Shown one piece after another: positions 13,551-26,944 of a stretch of 64,000 nt of DNA. Positions within the stretch are counted from its first letter, which is position 1, and each line of letters opens with the position of its first letter. Both the position numbers and the translations under genes were made by a program. The stretch comes from Octopus vulgaris (lineage: Eukaryota): positions 108,872,001 through 108,936,000 of the forward strand of contig OX597819.1 of NCBI GenBank assembly GCA_951406725.2, read 5' to 3'. The notes under the pieces were generated by a model. The model ran no database searches, was not told where the DNA came from, and worked only from the letters and a program-made list of their open reading frames with translations.

Positions 13551-14974
13551 TGTGTTCCGAGCCCTGTTACTGATTAAAGAATCAATCAATCAGCCACTCA
13601 ATCAATAGATCGATCTATATCAGTGATCAATACCCACACAAAGATCAGACATTGCAATACTAACACAGCTACACAGCTATTGGTAAGCAGTGAAGCTAGA
13701 CATATAGCAGGAAAGATAATCTTTAAGTTTAGCCTATACAAAAAAACACAGACATCGATCTAACACTTGAATTATGATTATTAATACTAAGGATGGCAAG
13801 AATGAGGGAACATCAAACAAAATGCTTTGTATTATATAGATATGAATCTTTATAATCTAAGTTCAAATTCTACCAAGGTCAATTTTGTATTTTATCATTC
13901 TTAAAACAATAAAATAAGGTACCAGTCAGGTATTGAGGTTGATTAAACTGACTAAAACCTTCCCCCTAAATTCAGAACCTGTTGGTCTAAATTAAAAGCC
14001 ATTATTACTGCTGTGAATGGCAGAAACGGTAGGACTATGGATGGACTACATACCTTGTAGTATTGACTTGTATCTCTTTAAATTCTATGTTCAAAAACTG
14101 CTGTGGCTAACTTTACCTGAGGATAATACAATAAAGTACCAGTCAAGTACACACACACACATGCACATATATGGACATAACAATCATCATCATTGTTTTA
14201 CATTTGCTTTCTATGCTGGCATTTGTTGGTTGACTCATCGTTGCTCTCCTAGATGAATCAGAGAAGCACATCTTGCTTATAAATTTAATTTTTTTGACTT
14301 GGTTTCTGTGCACCAATAATTATTGGTATAAATGTAGATTTAATTTATGAACAGAGAAACTGCAGATTTTGAAGCAGTTGTCCATAAATATTTTCCTTCT
14401 TGCTGATTTTTAGTGAGGTATGTATATATGTATATATGTATGTGTGTGTGCATATGTACATGTATTTTCATGTATGTGTATATATGTGTATGCATGTATG
14501 TATATATGTATGCATGTATTTCAGTGTGTATGTGTGTATGTATGTATGTATGTATTTCTGTGTGTATGTGTGTATGTATGTAAAGTAGTCAATTGTTTTT
14601 AGAGTGTTGGATAGAATACATTTTATAACACTCAGGAGTATGTATGTATGTATGTATGTAAAGTAGTCAATTGTTTTTAGAGTGTTGGATAGAATACATT
14701 TTGATATTAGCTGTGGCTCTCTGCATCCTGAGTTCAAAATTTGTTGAGGTCCACTTTATCTTTTATTCTTTCAGGATCAATGAAAAGGACTGCTGGTGCA
14801 GACTTCTGCTCTTCTAACCGTTATATTCTATTTTGAATACCAGCTTCCAAAATAGATAGAGAAATTCAAAGGATTGCTTTGGTACAATGCTAAGACATTT
14901 TCCATGTTTACAGAAGATGTGGGTTTGAGACTCATGGGCAGCCTTCGACTTTTTCCATCCAAGTTTTTTAAATC

Positions 14975-15295
14975 AAGTAATGTTTATTACCACATCACTA
15001 TGGCTGCTTGATGTTACAAACGTTTTAATCTGGGAAGAGCCTCCTCCGGCTGGTTATTGATGCAATCTGCACCCGATATATATTGCAAGCAGGGGAGCAA
15101 ACCCCTACCATCTTCTAGCAGATGACAAGATCACCAGACTGAATGGTTTTGAGCTATTTGTGCCCATCTTCCCCTACTTGCAATATATATGCAGCATGCA
15201 GATTGCATCGATAACCAGCTGGAGGAGGCTCTTCCTGGGGTTAATAACAGCAGTAACATCGAACTGCCGTTTTGATGTGGCAATAAGCATTACTT
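14975..15295. repeat. Foldback element with ~120-bp imperfect inverted arms
   Basis: AAGTAATGTTTATTACCACATCA / TGATGTGGCAATAAGCATTACTT; GGAAGAGCCTCCTCCGGCTGGTTAT / ATAACCAGCTGGAGGAGGCTCTTCC. Confidence 0.8.
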
Positions 15296-15394
15296 CTCAG
15301 TATAGTTACTACTTTCATCTCTTATAGAGATTTTCTAACTCGCTACTTTGCTTGTTTTTTTTTTAATCCTTAAATGCTATTCGAGTTCTATCTA

Positions 15395-16477
15395 TTGGGT
15401 TGGCAACTAAGTTCACGCCGTTTTTTTTAATTTTGGAATTTATTGCGTTTTTAAATTTGGGAATCTATTTTTTTCGAGAATTCTATTTTTGAATCATTTT
15501 TGAATCTATTTTGTTTTTTTGTTCTAATTAATTTTAGTTCATTTTTGTTTATTCACAGATCATTAAAATGGAATGTCAACTTAAGGAAAACGAGCATTTT
15601 CAAAACCTCCTTTTTGCTTTTAATCAAGGTTCTAAGGCTGCAAAAGCTGCTCGCAACACTTGTGCTGTGTATGGAGAGGGTGCCATAGCTGAAAGAACCG
15701 CTCGTGATTGGTATGTCAGGTTCAAAAATGGAAATTTTGACCTCAAAGATGCATCTCATTCTAGCCGTCCAGTTGAGTTTGATGAAGAGCAATTAAACCA
15801 ACTTTTGCTTGAAAATTCTTGTCAAACGACAAGGGAACTGGCAGAGAAACTGAAATGCTCCCACACTGCTATAGAGAAACATCTTCACTCAATGGGAAAA
15901 GTTCAGAAGTATGGACCATGTGTTCTGCATGCTTTAAGTGACAACAAAAATCAACGAGCCACAATCTCTGTTTGTTGGTTTCCATGCTCGTCACCACTCA
16001 ACCCATGGACACAAGCAGTGATTTCTTTACCGAATCTTTACTGGTGATGAAAAATGGTGCTCCAGTAAACAAGCGAAACCGCGCGTGAAACAAGATCTTC
16101 ATCTGTGTAAAATGATGTGCATATGGTGGGCCTGGGAAGGGATTATCCATTATGAATTGCTTGAATGGAATCAAACGGTCAATGCAGAACTCTATGTTCA
16201 ACAGATGGAACAACTCAACATGGCTATTAAAGAGAAAAGACCTAATCGTCAACATGGAATTCTTCTGCTGCACAGTAACGCCTGCCCTCATATCGCTAAC
16301 ATGACCAAGAAAGCCATTCAAACGCATAGCTGGAAAGTGCTGCCACACCTGCCGTACTCTCCTGATTTGGCACCAATGAATTTCCATCTCTTACGATCTG
16401 TTTTAAATGTTATGTGCGGAGTTTCATTCAGTACCAATGCAGAATTGAGAGCTTGGTTGGATCAATTTTTGATTTAG
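15395..16477 (+). mobile_element. Mariner transposon remnant (frameshifted transposase; 3' TIR missing)
   Basis: TA plus TIR TTGGGTTGGCAACTAAG; ORF 15568 HTH region (AVYGEGAIAERTARDW..FKNG), TGDEKW, HSNACPH, YSPDLAP. Confidence 0.92.
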
Positions 16478-16681
16478 TGGCATTTTATTTGTCTTTACAT
16501 TTTAAGTTTAAATACTGCCAAGGTCAACTTTTGTCCCCTTGGGGTCAATAAAATAAGTACCAGTTTAGTACTAGGGTTCATGTAATTGACTTATCCTTCC
16601 TCCGAAATTGCTGGCCTTGTGCCAAAATTTGAAGCCATTCTTCTTCTTATTACTATTATTATTATTACTATTATTATTATT

Positions 16682-16975
16682 TTATGAAAACTCACAGCTT
16701 ATTTTGCTGGGTATGATGGAAAGTGTCAGCTGTCCACAACGAACAGACTAAGGCAACACTTGTTTACTGGTCATGCTTCAAGAATCCTGTGAAGAATTCT
16801 TGCAGTTCCAAGCAATGCTGATTTTTGTAGGTGTTCTACCTTCACACTTGCTCTGATCTTTTTCGGCCATGTTGGTAGTTGAGTGCTGATACTTCCAAGT
16901 GCACCAATTACTATTGGTATCATGTCTACTCTCTTCATTCACCACAACCTTCGTATTTCCCACATCAAATCGTCA
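16682..16975 (-). mobile_element. 3' fragment of a Dong/R4 LINE abutting (TAA)n
   Basis: Minus strand encodes IPIVIGALGSI and LQKSALLGTARIL; (TTA)n at 16648-16680. Confidence 0.75.
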
Positions 16976-19330
16976 TTATTGTTGTTGTTGTTTATTTATT
17001 TATTTATCTGATTGTTTAGTTTTTGCTTAACAGGTTTGCAATGAAAATTTTCTTGACCTCTACAAAATAAAACCAACGTAACCACTGAAATCATTCAGTA
17101 TGTTTGGTAGAAAACAAAAACTTACGTCATTCACAATACTTTCGTTAAAAACAAAACTAAAATAGAAATATTAATAAACCAGAGACTATTGATTATTTTC
17201 CAAGCTTGTTCTTACAACAAGAATACCTGGAAATTTATGACTAAAAGTCAACCAGCCATGTCTGATGGACATGCTACCTACAATTGTGAATTGTAATGAA
17301 ATCAATTTGACCAACACCTTCAAATCTAGCTGGATTAGCAATGAAGTACTAAGCTAATACATCACATAAAAATTTCACTTATTAACCATAGCTTCTAATA
17401 CTAATCCATATTCCCATTTCAAGTTTTGGATCAGGTACCCCATCAATAATTCGAGAGAAAGGAGAAGAATCAAGTTTATATTTTATTCAATTTTAGTATT
17501 CCTGTTTTTGCTATATCTTGAGAAGGTCATTTTGCCAATAATAAACACACTCCGATTCTATTTCCTGGAACCATGTGCTTGGTAAGCAAGCTACTTACCA
17601 CACAGCCTCACCAGTGTTAATCATTATCACAATTCTGCTTTGATTTGTTCCTTTCATCACCAGATGTATCGCATATTCAATGGAAAAACAACAAATTGAA
17701 ATGTCTTGAAAAGTTCTATTGTATAAAATTTTATGTTTATTAAAATATACTATAAAATATTAATTAATTCAGTTTAATTAATCTTAGTAATCACTTTGTA
17801 AAATGATGTTACATTATAAATTGGATGTGAATTTGTGTTTAAAATGGTTTTGCATTATGTATAAAAATATGTTATTGTGTACATACATGTATTGTTATGT
17901 TAAGTGTTGGCAGCTATGTCACTCTCGTGCTGTACTTTTTAATATGTGTGCCTTTACAAATTTAAAAAAGTACTTCTTTTGTATAGAAATATATTTTGTT
18001 TGCTTTTGTAATTATATCTTCATCCTCAATACACTTAAACAACATTTTAAAGATTCAGAAGTTGAAACAGTAACCATAATAATGCTTTCATTAATAAATA
18101 CACATTCAAGCAGTGAGCTGGAAGAATCGTCAGAATGTTGGACAAGATACCTCGCAGTATTTATTGCAGTTCTTTGTTCTGAGTTCAAGTGCTGCTGAAG
18201 TCAACCTTGCCTTTCATTCCTTGAGAGTTCATAATTGAAGTACCAGTGAAGTACTGAGCTCAATGGTATTAACTAACCCACTTACCTCAAAATTGCAGGC
18301 CTTGTGCTCAAATCAGAAATCATTATTAAATAGACATTTCTTTCATTACTTTTTAACTAATGGTAAGCTGTTAGAATGATAAGAATGTTTGAAACATTCC
18401 TTTGCAGTACTTGTTCAGAGTTCAAATTCCACAGAGGCCAGCTTTGTCTTTTGTACATTTGGGGTTGTTAAAATAAAGTACCAGTCAGTAGTGAGACCAA
18501 TAGTATCAACAAAGATCCTTTTCTTCATCATTTAGCATCCATATTCCATGCTGGCACAGGTTGGGCAGTTTGACTGGATTTGATAGGCCAGAAGGCTGTG
18601 TTAAGCTCCAATATCTATGGTTTCTTTGACTTGATGCCCTTCCTAACACTAACCACTCTACAGAGTGTACTGGATACTTGACTAAGTGGGGTCTAGTATT
18701 AAATACGGTGACTTATACTATCCTCCTTGCAAATTTCAAGCCTTAAACCTATGCCAATTACATTTTAACTAATAATCAATTACAAGATATTCATCTTAAG
18801 CAATGTAATTAACATATGATAATGTAATAATCAGTATATAATAAATTCATGAAGTCTGGGATCAAGATCGCTTAATAATCAATTTTTATCTCGTTTAAAT
18901 CAATTTTTTGTGTGTAAATGCTGAATCTGCATTGTTGAAATAAAAAATCCAAAAACCATTTTTAGAAAAATGTTAGTGTGGGTTAAAATGTCCATGCTTA
19001 AAAGAGTAAGTTTTTCAGATATTTGGAATTTTGCAGAACAATTTTTTAGGTCGTTTCTAAAAATATATAATTTTGTCCAATATAGAAAAAAAAGACTAAA
19101 ATGAAACCTAAGAAAACTGAAAACACACCCACACATGAATACATACATACATACACTTACACATATATGCATATATATATGCAAGCATGGTTGTGTATTT
19201 AAGCTGTTTGCTTCTTAACCACATGGCTTTGAGTTCAGTTCCACAGCACTGCATTTTGGGCAAGTGTTTTTTACTGTGGCCTTAGACCACATTGTTGTGA
19301 ATGAATTTGGTAGACAGAAACTGTTGTGTA

Positions 19331-19775
19331 TGAGGCGAACTGGCAGAAATGTTAACACGCCGGGCGAAACACTTAGTTATATTTCATCTGGCGTTACGTT
19401 CTGAGTTCAAATTCCGTTGAGGCTGACTTTGCCTTTCATCCTTTCAGGGTCAATAAATTAAGTACCAGTTGTGCACTGGAATCAATGTAATCGACTTAAT
19501 CCCTTTGTCTACCTTTGTTTGTCCCCTCTATGTTTAGCCTTTTGTGGACTATAAAGAAATAAGGAACACTAGCATGCTGGGCGAAATGCTTAGCGATATT
19601 TCGTCTGTCACTACGTTCTGAGTTCAAATTCCGTCATGGTCGACTTTGCCTTTCATTCTTTTGGGGTCAATTAAATAAACACCATTTACACACTGTAGTC
19701 GATGTAATCAACTTAATTCGTTTGTTTCCCTCTATGTTTAGCTCCTTGTGGACAATAAATAAATAAGAAATAAGA
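19331..19775 (+). mobile_element. Tandem dimer of the Nin-core tRNA SINE
   Basis: Two consecutive monomers, each ending (AAGAAAT)n. Confidence 0.85.
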
Positions 19776-20107
19776 AACTGTTGTATATGCACACATGTAT
19801 ATATGTGTGAGTATGTGTACATATAAGTATAAGTGCATGCTTATATGTGTGTCTCTTTGTTTTGACATTGCACAATAGTTGTAAATGAGTGTCAGTGTCA
19901 TGCAAGTGGTGTTGTTCATTCCCAATCTTACAAGAAAATATGCCTAGTCATAAGGAAATGTTACTTTGCTCAAAACAAGTGAAGGTTGGCAACATGAAGG
20001 GCATCTAGTTGTAGATGTTCCGCAATGAATTCTGTCAGAGCCATGCAAATATGAAAAAAAGGTTGGAGTCACATTAAACTTGAGTTGTAAGATAAAAATT
20101 AAGTTTT

Positions 20108-20475
20108 AAACAAGAACACTCAGAGAATGCAAACCTCCACCAAGGCAACGCCAACATCCTCTCAATGATTAACTAGAAATGATTTTTAAAATGAGAATGT
20201 CTGAAAAAAACTCGACTGCTCTCACAAATGAAAATATTAAAAATGAACCTGACTGCTCTCAAAAATTAAATAAAAAAAACGGAAAAATAATCCAGAATCA
20301 TTGTCTAGTATTGAATCGATCCCAATATCTAATCAGTTCATGCCAGTCACAAGGCCAAACATCCTGAATGTTTCATCCAAATCCATCCAGCGGTTCTTCA
20401 GACATCTTGTCCATGGACAAACAAACAAACATGACTGAAAACAATACCTCCGCCTTCACTAAGGCAGAAGTAATA
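20108..20475 (+). mobile_element. Non-autonomous Helentron-like element
   Basis: Subterminal ACCTCCACCAAGGC and 3' hairpin ACCTCCGCCTT-CACT-AAGGCAGAAGT. Confidence 0.45.
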
Positions 20476-20488
20476 CACTACTTATGTA

Positions 20489-20586
<98 letters not shown>

Positions 20587-20945
20587 TGTGTGTATCATCA
20601 TCATCATTTAATGTCCGTGTTCCATCACCCCTGCCTCCTCTTTCTTTCCTAACTCCCCCCATAGAACTGTATTTATGGCTCCCTGCTGCTAATCATTTTT
20701 TTCTTAACCGTTTTCTTACTTTATCCTGATGACAGACTAATATCCAAAATGTCAAAGACCCTCTGTCTTCTTTTTAAGCATTAAACTAATACAATCATTA
20801 AGACTTGTCCCTTACATGTTGGGCTCATTGCCAAATGTATATATATATATAGTGTACTGTTCCATGATGGTAAGATTAACAAAAAAAGTTCTCCATTTGA
20901 TGAGAGATGAATATTATTCAATTAACACAATGTATATTTTGTTAT

Positions 20946-21029
20946 TAGCTAGAAATAGTTTCATGCAATGAAACCATCTCAGACAGCATTTTTTAACATG
21001 ATTGGTGCCTTCATGCAATCCTCAGGCTA
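20946..21029 (-). ncRNA. Degenerate type I hammerhead ribozyme motif
   Basis: Minus: TAGC-CTGAGGA-TTGCATGAA...TTCATTGCAT-GAAA-CTATTTC-TA-GCTA; stems I and II pair, stem III has a mismatch. Confidence 0.55.
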
Positions 21030-21030
21030 T

Positions 21031-21178
21031 GGCATAACAAGTTAAAACAGGATGGTAGGATGAGAGAAAAAACAATAAAAGGCAAGAAGGAAGTAGATAT
21101 CTTTTAATTCTACTTCCTTCTCACCTTTTCTTGTTTTTCTCTCTCAACCTATCATCCTGTTTAAGCTTCTTATGCCCT
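21031..21178. repeat. Imperfect ~150-bp palindrome
   Basis: GGCATAACAAG...AGAAGGAAGTAGA / TCTACTTCCTTCT...CTTCTTATGCC. Confidence 0.75.
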
Positions 21179-21181
21179 ATA

Positions 21182-21214
<33 letters not shown>

Positions 21215-21219
<5 letters not shown>

Positions 21220-21916
21220 CACCCCATAAATAAAGTGGTTTTTTTCAACTGCATGTACTAAAAGTCGAAGAGTGGACGGGATAAACTACCTGCATCAACT
21301 TGCTAAAAAAGCAGGTAGTAATTTTATCTTCTTATTCTTAGTGAAAGTTATTTTAATAGTTATTTTTTTCAAAGCTATAATGGAAGTGCCAGAGGAGCAT
21401 ATTTGGCATATTTTGCTTTATGCATTCAATAAAGGCAACAATGTAACAGGAAGTGCAAGGAATATTAATGCAGTATATGGGGATCAGACAATAAGCATAA
21501 GCCAGCATCAATGGTGGTTCAAGAAATTCCAAACCAGAAACTACAGCAAGAATACGAGCCTCGTCCAGGAAGTTCTGTAGAGCTTGACGAGGAGGGTCCT
21601 GCAAACCCTGGTGGAATAAGCAGAGAAGTTTGTATTCGGTCATTCAACCATTCATCAACACCTGCATGCCATCAGAAAAGTCAGCAAATTGGGTCAATGG
21701 GTTCCTCACAAACTTTCCGCGTCCAATTGCATGCAGAGAGTGAATGTGTGCACTTCTCTGCTGTCACATCTCACAAATGAACTTTTTGGGGACCAAATAG
21801 TGACAGATGATGAGAAATGGGTCAAGCACCAAAGACAGTGGGTAGGAAAAGGAGAAACACTGGCACCCCAGGCTAAAGAAGGTCTTCACCCATGTAAGGT
21901 ATTGTTATCTGTTTGG
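21215..21916 (+). mobile_element. Mariner transposon 5' part (decayed)
   Basis: MEVPEEHIWHILLYAFNKG..ARNINAVYG, GQWVPHKL, IVTDDEKW, LHPCKVLLSVW; stops abruptly at an RTE fragment. Confidence 0.88.
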
Positions 21917-22467
21917 TCTTCCAGCCTCCTCTTATCAAACAGCCTCACACCACACATTTCTCTCACCATTGCTCTCTCAATCCTTCTCAAAATTGCCATC
22001 TCTCTCTCTCTCAACCACCATGTCTCACTTCCATACAGCATTGCAGCTTTCACACAACTCCTATTGACCTTTCCTTTTGTCTTCAATGAGAACCGTTTCC
22101 CATATAATAATGCTCCACATTCCCTGAACTTCACTCAGCCAAGTTTTGCTCTTGCTGTCACAACTGCTTCACATCCACCACTTGCATCCACCCTATCTCC
22201 CAAATAACAAAACCCTCTCACAATCTCCACCTCATTACATAGTGTTTCCACTGACTTTGCCAGACCTCCAGCTTCTTTCTCACATCTTCCACAAACAAAC
22301 TCTTGTGCCAGTCTTGGGGTCACCTTCTTCATTTTCGTACATCTACCATGAATCCATTTCTCACATCTCGTACACAACACCGCATTTGCCATTACCCTCC
22401 TCCCACATACACCACATGGATCCATCTTACTCACTAACACTTCTACTTCCACTCTACTCATCATCAC
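21917..22467 (-). mobile_element. RTE-clade LINE internal fragment
   Basis: DPCGVCG...C..CEKWIHGRC, FCYLGD, MLYGSETW, ERAMVREMCGV. Confidence 0.88.
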
Positions 22468-22662
22468 CTTTGTATGTATGTATGTATGTATGTATGTATG
22501 TGTGTGTGTATGTATGTATGTATGTATGTATGTGTGTGTGTATATATATTAATTTTTACATGAAAAGATGAAGAAATATGGTATTCTTCTAGAAAGCATT
22601 AATTCTTAAATTCAATGTTCAAATGTTTTTATATATAATTTTACATAAAAGCAAGCATTAAT

Positions 22663-22694
<32 letters not shown>

Positions 22695-23549
22695 AAACAA
22701 ACAAACATGTATGTATGTATATGCACACACATGTACATATCAATATGCATTCACAAACACATGTATGTATATATATATGCACACACACACACACATTGTT
22801 GATATATTTTGATAATGTGACAGCTGAATAGACAAGTAGTGCAAGTAGTTCATTCATACCTCATGCGTTTGCTTCTTTCTGTTACTATGCCCCAGCTGAC
22901 TGTGGCTGTGGTAACCACCCCTGGTTGTGACATGGTTGTAGCAATGGAGGAGGATTCTTTGAAAAATATAGCAGGAGGCAATGGTTGTTACAGGAGGTGC
23001 TAGGGGTAATAGGCTGTGGATATGGTGGGAATGATAGGTATGTGTGTGAATGGGTAGGTAGGTGGGTAAATGGCCAGGTTTTTGCTTTTTTTTTTTTGGT
23101 GTAGGTGTGCAATGGTAGAATATAGGGTATGGATGTGTCTTTGATGAATAAGTACTTGGGTAAACAATGGGGGTTGGAGTCTAGAGAGGAGATAAAAGCT
23201 GGTTATTAAGCTGTGGATGAATGTTGGGTGTAGGCTGGGTGTTGGCTGGATGAGATATTAAGAAGCTCAGTCTAATTGATTTAGCAGATATTTAGCAGAT
23301 GGTACATGGGGAACAGGGTTTTTGAGTGGGGAGTAATAAATAAATATAACTGGTTGCAGAATTCTTTAAAATAACCTGTTATTTTATTATTATTATTATT
23401 AACTATTTGTTAATTATTATCAAATGAGGACAGACATTGTGGGTATGTTGTGTGGGTGTGGGAGTTGTGTGAGTGAATGCCTGGTTGTTGATTGACTGGA
23501 ATGTGATATTCTAGTTAATATTTGATTTATACATGAGTGTGTATGTATG

Positions 23550-23604
<55 letters not shown>

Positions 23605-24339
23605 CTCACAGCAAAATATTCAACCGGCACACTATAAAGCTGTCCTATGCTGACTCATCAAATGTAGAACATAACATTCATAGGATTAATAATCATAAAC
23701 TAAGACAGCGAACAGACTGCGCTCAAAATAAACCCACAAAAATTGACTGCGACCCGTATAACCAACCTAGACACAATGCAAATACCAACCAATTAATGCA
23801 TCAAAGTGGTTACAACTCGAACTGTAATACTAATCAACTGAGAAACAACAACTGCAATATCTACAATAACAAACCAACATGTCACACCAGCAACAATTCA
23901 AACAGCAACACTAACACACCCAGAAATAGTAATAATAATAGGATAGCTATGACCGTGAATGTACTGAATAGAACCCATTCATCTAGTACACGCTGCACAC
24001 AAGCAAACAAAAAGAAAAAAAAACCAATTATGTTCGTGTAGCAACAGATTCAGATTTCCCTTGCACAATCAATGCATGACCAGAAATGTGGTGTATAAGT
24101 GTACAGTAAACACTAGAGGAAGCCCTTACATTTTTATAGGAGCATTGGTCAATATCGCAACCATACTGCCAGCTTTCAAAAAATCCTTAAATGGCATGTA
24201 ACATCACTGGCTGATTTTAGCTGAAGGCTCAAGTAAGAGAAGGAAAAATACAACCTGACCTGGTCTATAATTAGACATGTAAGTCCCTGTAACACATTAA
24301 CCCAGAAATGCCAGCTATGTTCCAAAGAGTCACTCTCAG

Positions 24340-24556
24340 TATTCTTTTCTACTCTAGGCACAAGGCCCGAAATGTTTGAGGGGGGGGGCAATCAATTAGA
24401 TCAACCCCAGTACGCAACTGGTACTTAATTTATCGACCCATAAGGATGAAAGGCAAAGTCGACTTTGGCGGAATTTGAACTCAGAACATAAAGACAGACA
24501 AAATACCGCTAAACATTTTGCACAGCATGCTAACGTTTCTGCCAGCTTGCCGCCTT
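24340..24556 (-). mobile_element. Nin-core tRNA SINE
   Basis: Same family as 1-198. Confidence 0.85.
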
Positions 24557-24682
24557 CTCAATATTGTTAACAAAGGAGCATATTACAAACAGATTTACAG
24601 GTGCCTGCATGCAGCTTAACACACATTCACATACTACAATCTAAACCACACCTAACAGATGCAAAGCTAACATTAGACTTTT

Positions 24683-25130
24683 CAAGCCAAGTGAAATAGT
24701 AGCCGTGGTCAATGCCAGTGTCCCATAACTGGCCTGTTTAAAAGTACCCTTCAATCATCGGGCAAAATGCAGTGCTTGAGAAGACTTGTTGAGTCAAGTG
24801 AGATTGTAGTCATGGCCAATGCCAGTGCCACCAGACTGGCACCCATGCCAGTAGCACATAGAAAGCACCATTCGAGCATGGCTGATGCCAGTGCTGCCTG
24901 ACTAGCACCTGTGCCACTTGACTGACACTCAGGTCGATGGTATGTAAAAAGCACCATTTGTGCATGGTTGATGGCAATGGTACCTGACTGGCTCCCATCA
25001 AGAAGGGCATTCAGCTGTAGAAACCTTGCTGGCTAGGTTAGAACCTGGTGCAACCTCCTGGCTTGCCAGTCCTCAGTCAAACCCAAGCCAGCTTCGAAAA
25101 TGGACGTTTAAATGGTGATGATGATGATGT
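24683..25130 (+). mobile_element. SINE/non-autonomous retroelement with internal GCCAGTG repeats and (GAT)n tail
   Basis: Ends GGACGTTTAAATGGTGATGATG; same tail at 30240 (-), 35440 and 52260. Confidence 0.65.
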
Positions 25131-25920
25131 GTGCGCAAAATTTAGGTTAGTTAAAATATGTTCATTATGTATTTCAATTGCTAAAAGGCAAATTTACGGC
25201 AGTTACTGTGGAGAAAATTTTTTCCTATGGTAAAAAAGATGTAAAAACACCACATCTGACCAGTGTCACCTTCTATCAGGATTCTCAGGCATTGATGTTC
25301 CTAGCTCCTTAGCCATTATCAATGGGAAATACCTAAGAGAAGCAATTCAGGACAGATGCTATTAAAGCTATAGCTTTAACTAAAATACAGACAACAACAC
25401 TGACTGATTTGCACCAGTAGACTGCCAGATCATGGAAATTACCAAAATGTTAGCACCCAGCTGTGTTTAGGCATAAGCAAAGTTTAAGTTAGTTAAAATG
25501 TTTGTAAAATATTTCAACGAAAATATATATGTACGTATGTATGCATGCATGCAAGTATGTATATATGTATGTATACACACATGCACACACACACACACAA
25601 TGTGCGTTTGTGCATGTGAGGGAAGCTACATAGTCAAGTGGTTAGGTTTTGGATTCATAACAATAAAATTGTGGGTTCAATTTCTGAACCAAGCAGAATA
25701 TCCTGCCTTAGAACAAAGCACTTCGTTATATGTTGTTCTTAGTCTACTCAACTGGTATGGACCCATGCTATTATTTATAGCTGTTTTGGCTTTGAGTTTC
25801 ATCATAATAAATAAGAATTATTTAATATTTTCTCAAATTTTGTAAATTCTTATGATGTCATCAATATGTATGGATGTATGGATGCATGTATGAATGTGTG
25901 CATACAAACACATATATGCA

Positions 25921-25959
<39 letters not shown>

Positions 25960-26287
25960 ATAGTCAGATGCCCATTCTATTGTCAACTCTTATCTGTTAT
26001 CAAATGAGATATATTCTTTTATTCTCCTGCTTTTCAAATGCCTAGAGTGGTTCGTTGTAATGTCAACAAGGAATGTAAACATTATATCACTGTTTGGCTC
26101 AAATGATGACAAATAAAGCCATGGAATATCAACATTGAGGCACATTCCACACACTCTCTCACTCTGTGTCTCCCCTTCTCTATCTCTTTTTTCTCTTATC
26201 TTTCTGTCTATCTGTCTCTCTATCTTTCTCTCACAATACTACTACTACTAATAATAATAATAATTATAATAATAATAACAAGTAACA

Positions 26288-26833
26288 GACAGTGGCTCTC
26301 ATGGCTGCTGATCTTAACTGATTGGAAGTGTTATCATGTACATTGTTTTGTCTTGGTATAAAAGATGGGCTACAGCAAATATTCTGCTCAATACCACAGA
26401 TTTGCTTGTCAGTTGTTTGACCTTAATCAGTTGAGCATGTCCCTTAGTGGCTGACGATATGTGCATCTCTGACCACAAATAGATGTAGTGGGGGGGGGGG
26501 GGGGGGCATCATAGCCATGTGTTGAAAGGAATTCTTAGAGGTTTGGATAATTCACCTTTGGAAACATGGTTGGTTCATTCAACATCCTTAAACAATCCTT
26601 ATTCAGGGACCTTTTGAGCGGGATGGACTACTCAACCAGAAGAAAATTCTAACTGGGCCCCACCTGCAAGGTCATGCGCTGTTTATCGTGATATGAGATC
26701 ACCATGTTCCGCACATATGGTTGTGATGCATGTGCCTGGTGTACCCTTATCAGACAGGTAGTCTTGATGGGTATACTGGACTTCGTATATTTTACCTGTG
26801 TCACTTTGATGGCATGCACTGCTCTCTCACTCC
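26288..26833. mobile_element. Unclassified non-coding element next to a (TAA)n tract
   Basis: Complex ~545-bp block starting right after (TAA)n; no coding motif recognised. Confidence 0.35.
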
Positions 26834-26944
26834 CCATAAATTAACTCCAAGGATATAATGTGTTTGTGTGTGTGTGTGTGTGTGTATAAACGCACACCCA
26901 ATAGAACAACTCCAAACAAAAGTACTAGGATTAAGTTGGTCTAT

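Noticed and set aside
12835-13608. Hydrophobic L/S/F ORFs resembling membrane proteins
   Set aside because: Product of a CT-rich tract, open in several frames.
14573-14702. Short tandem duplication (also 27295-27375 and 40204-40251)
   Set aside because: Ordinary slippage duplication.
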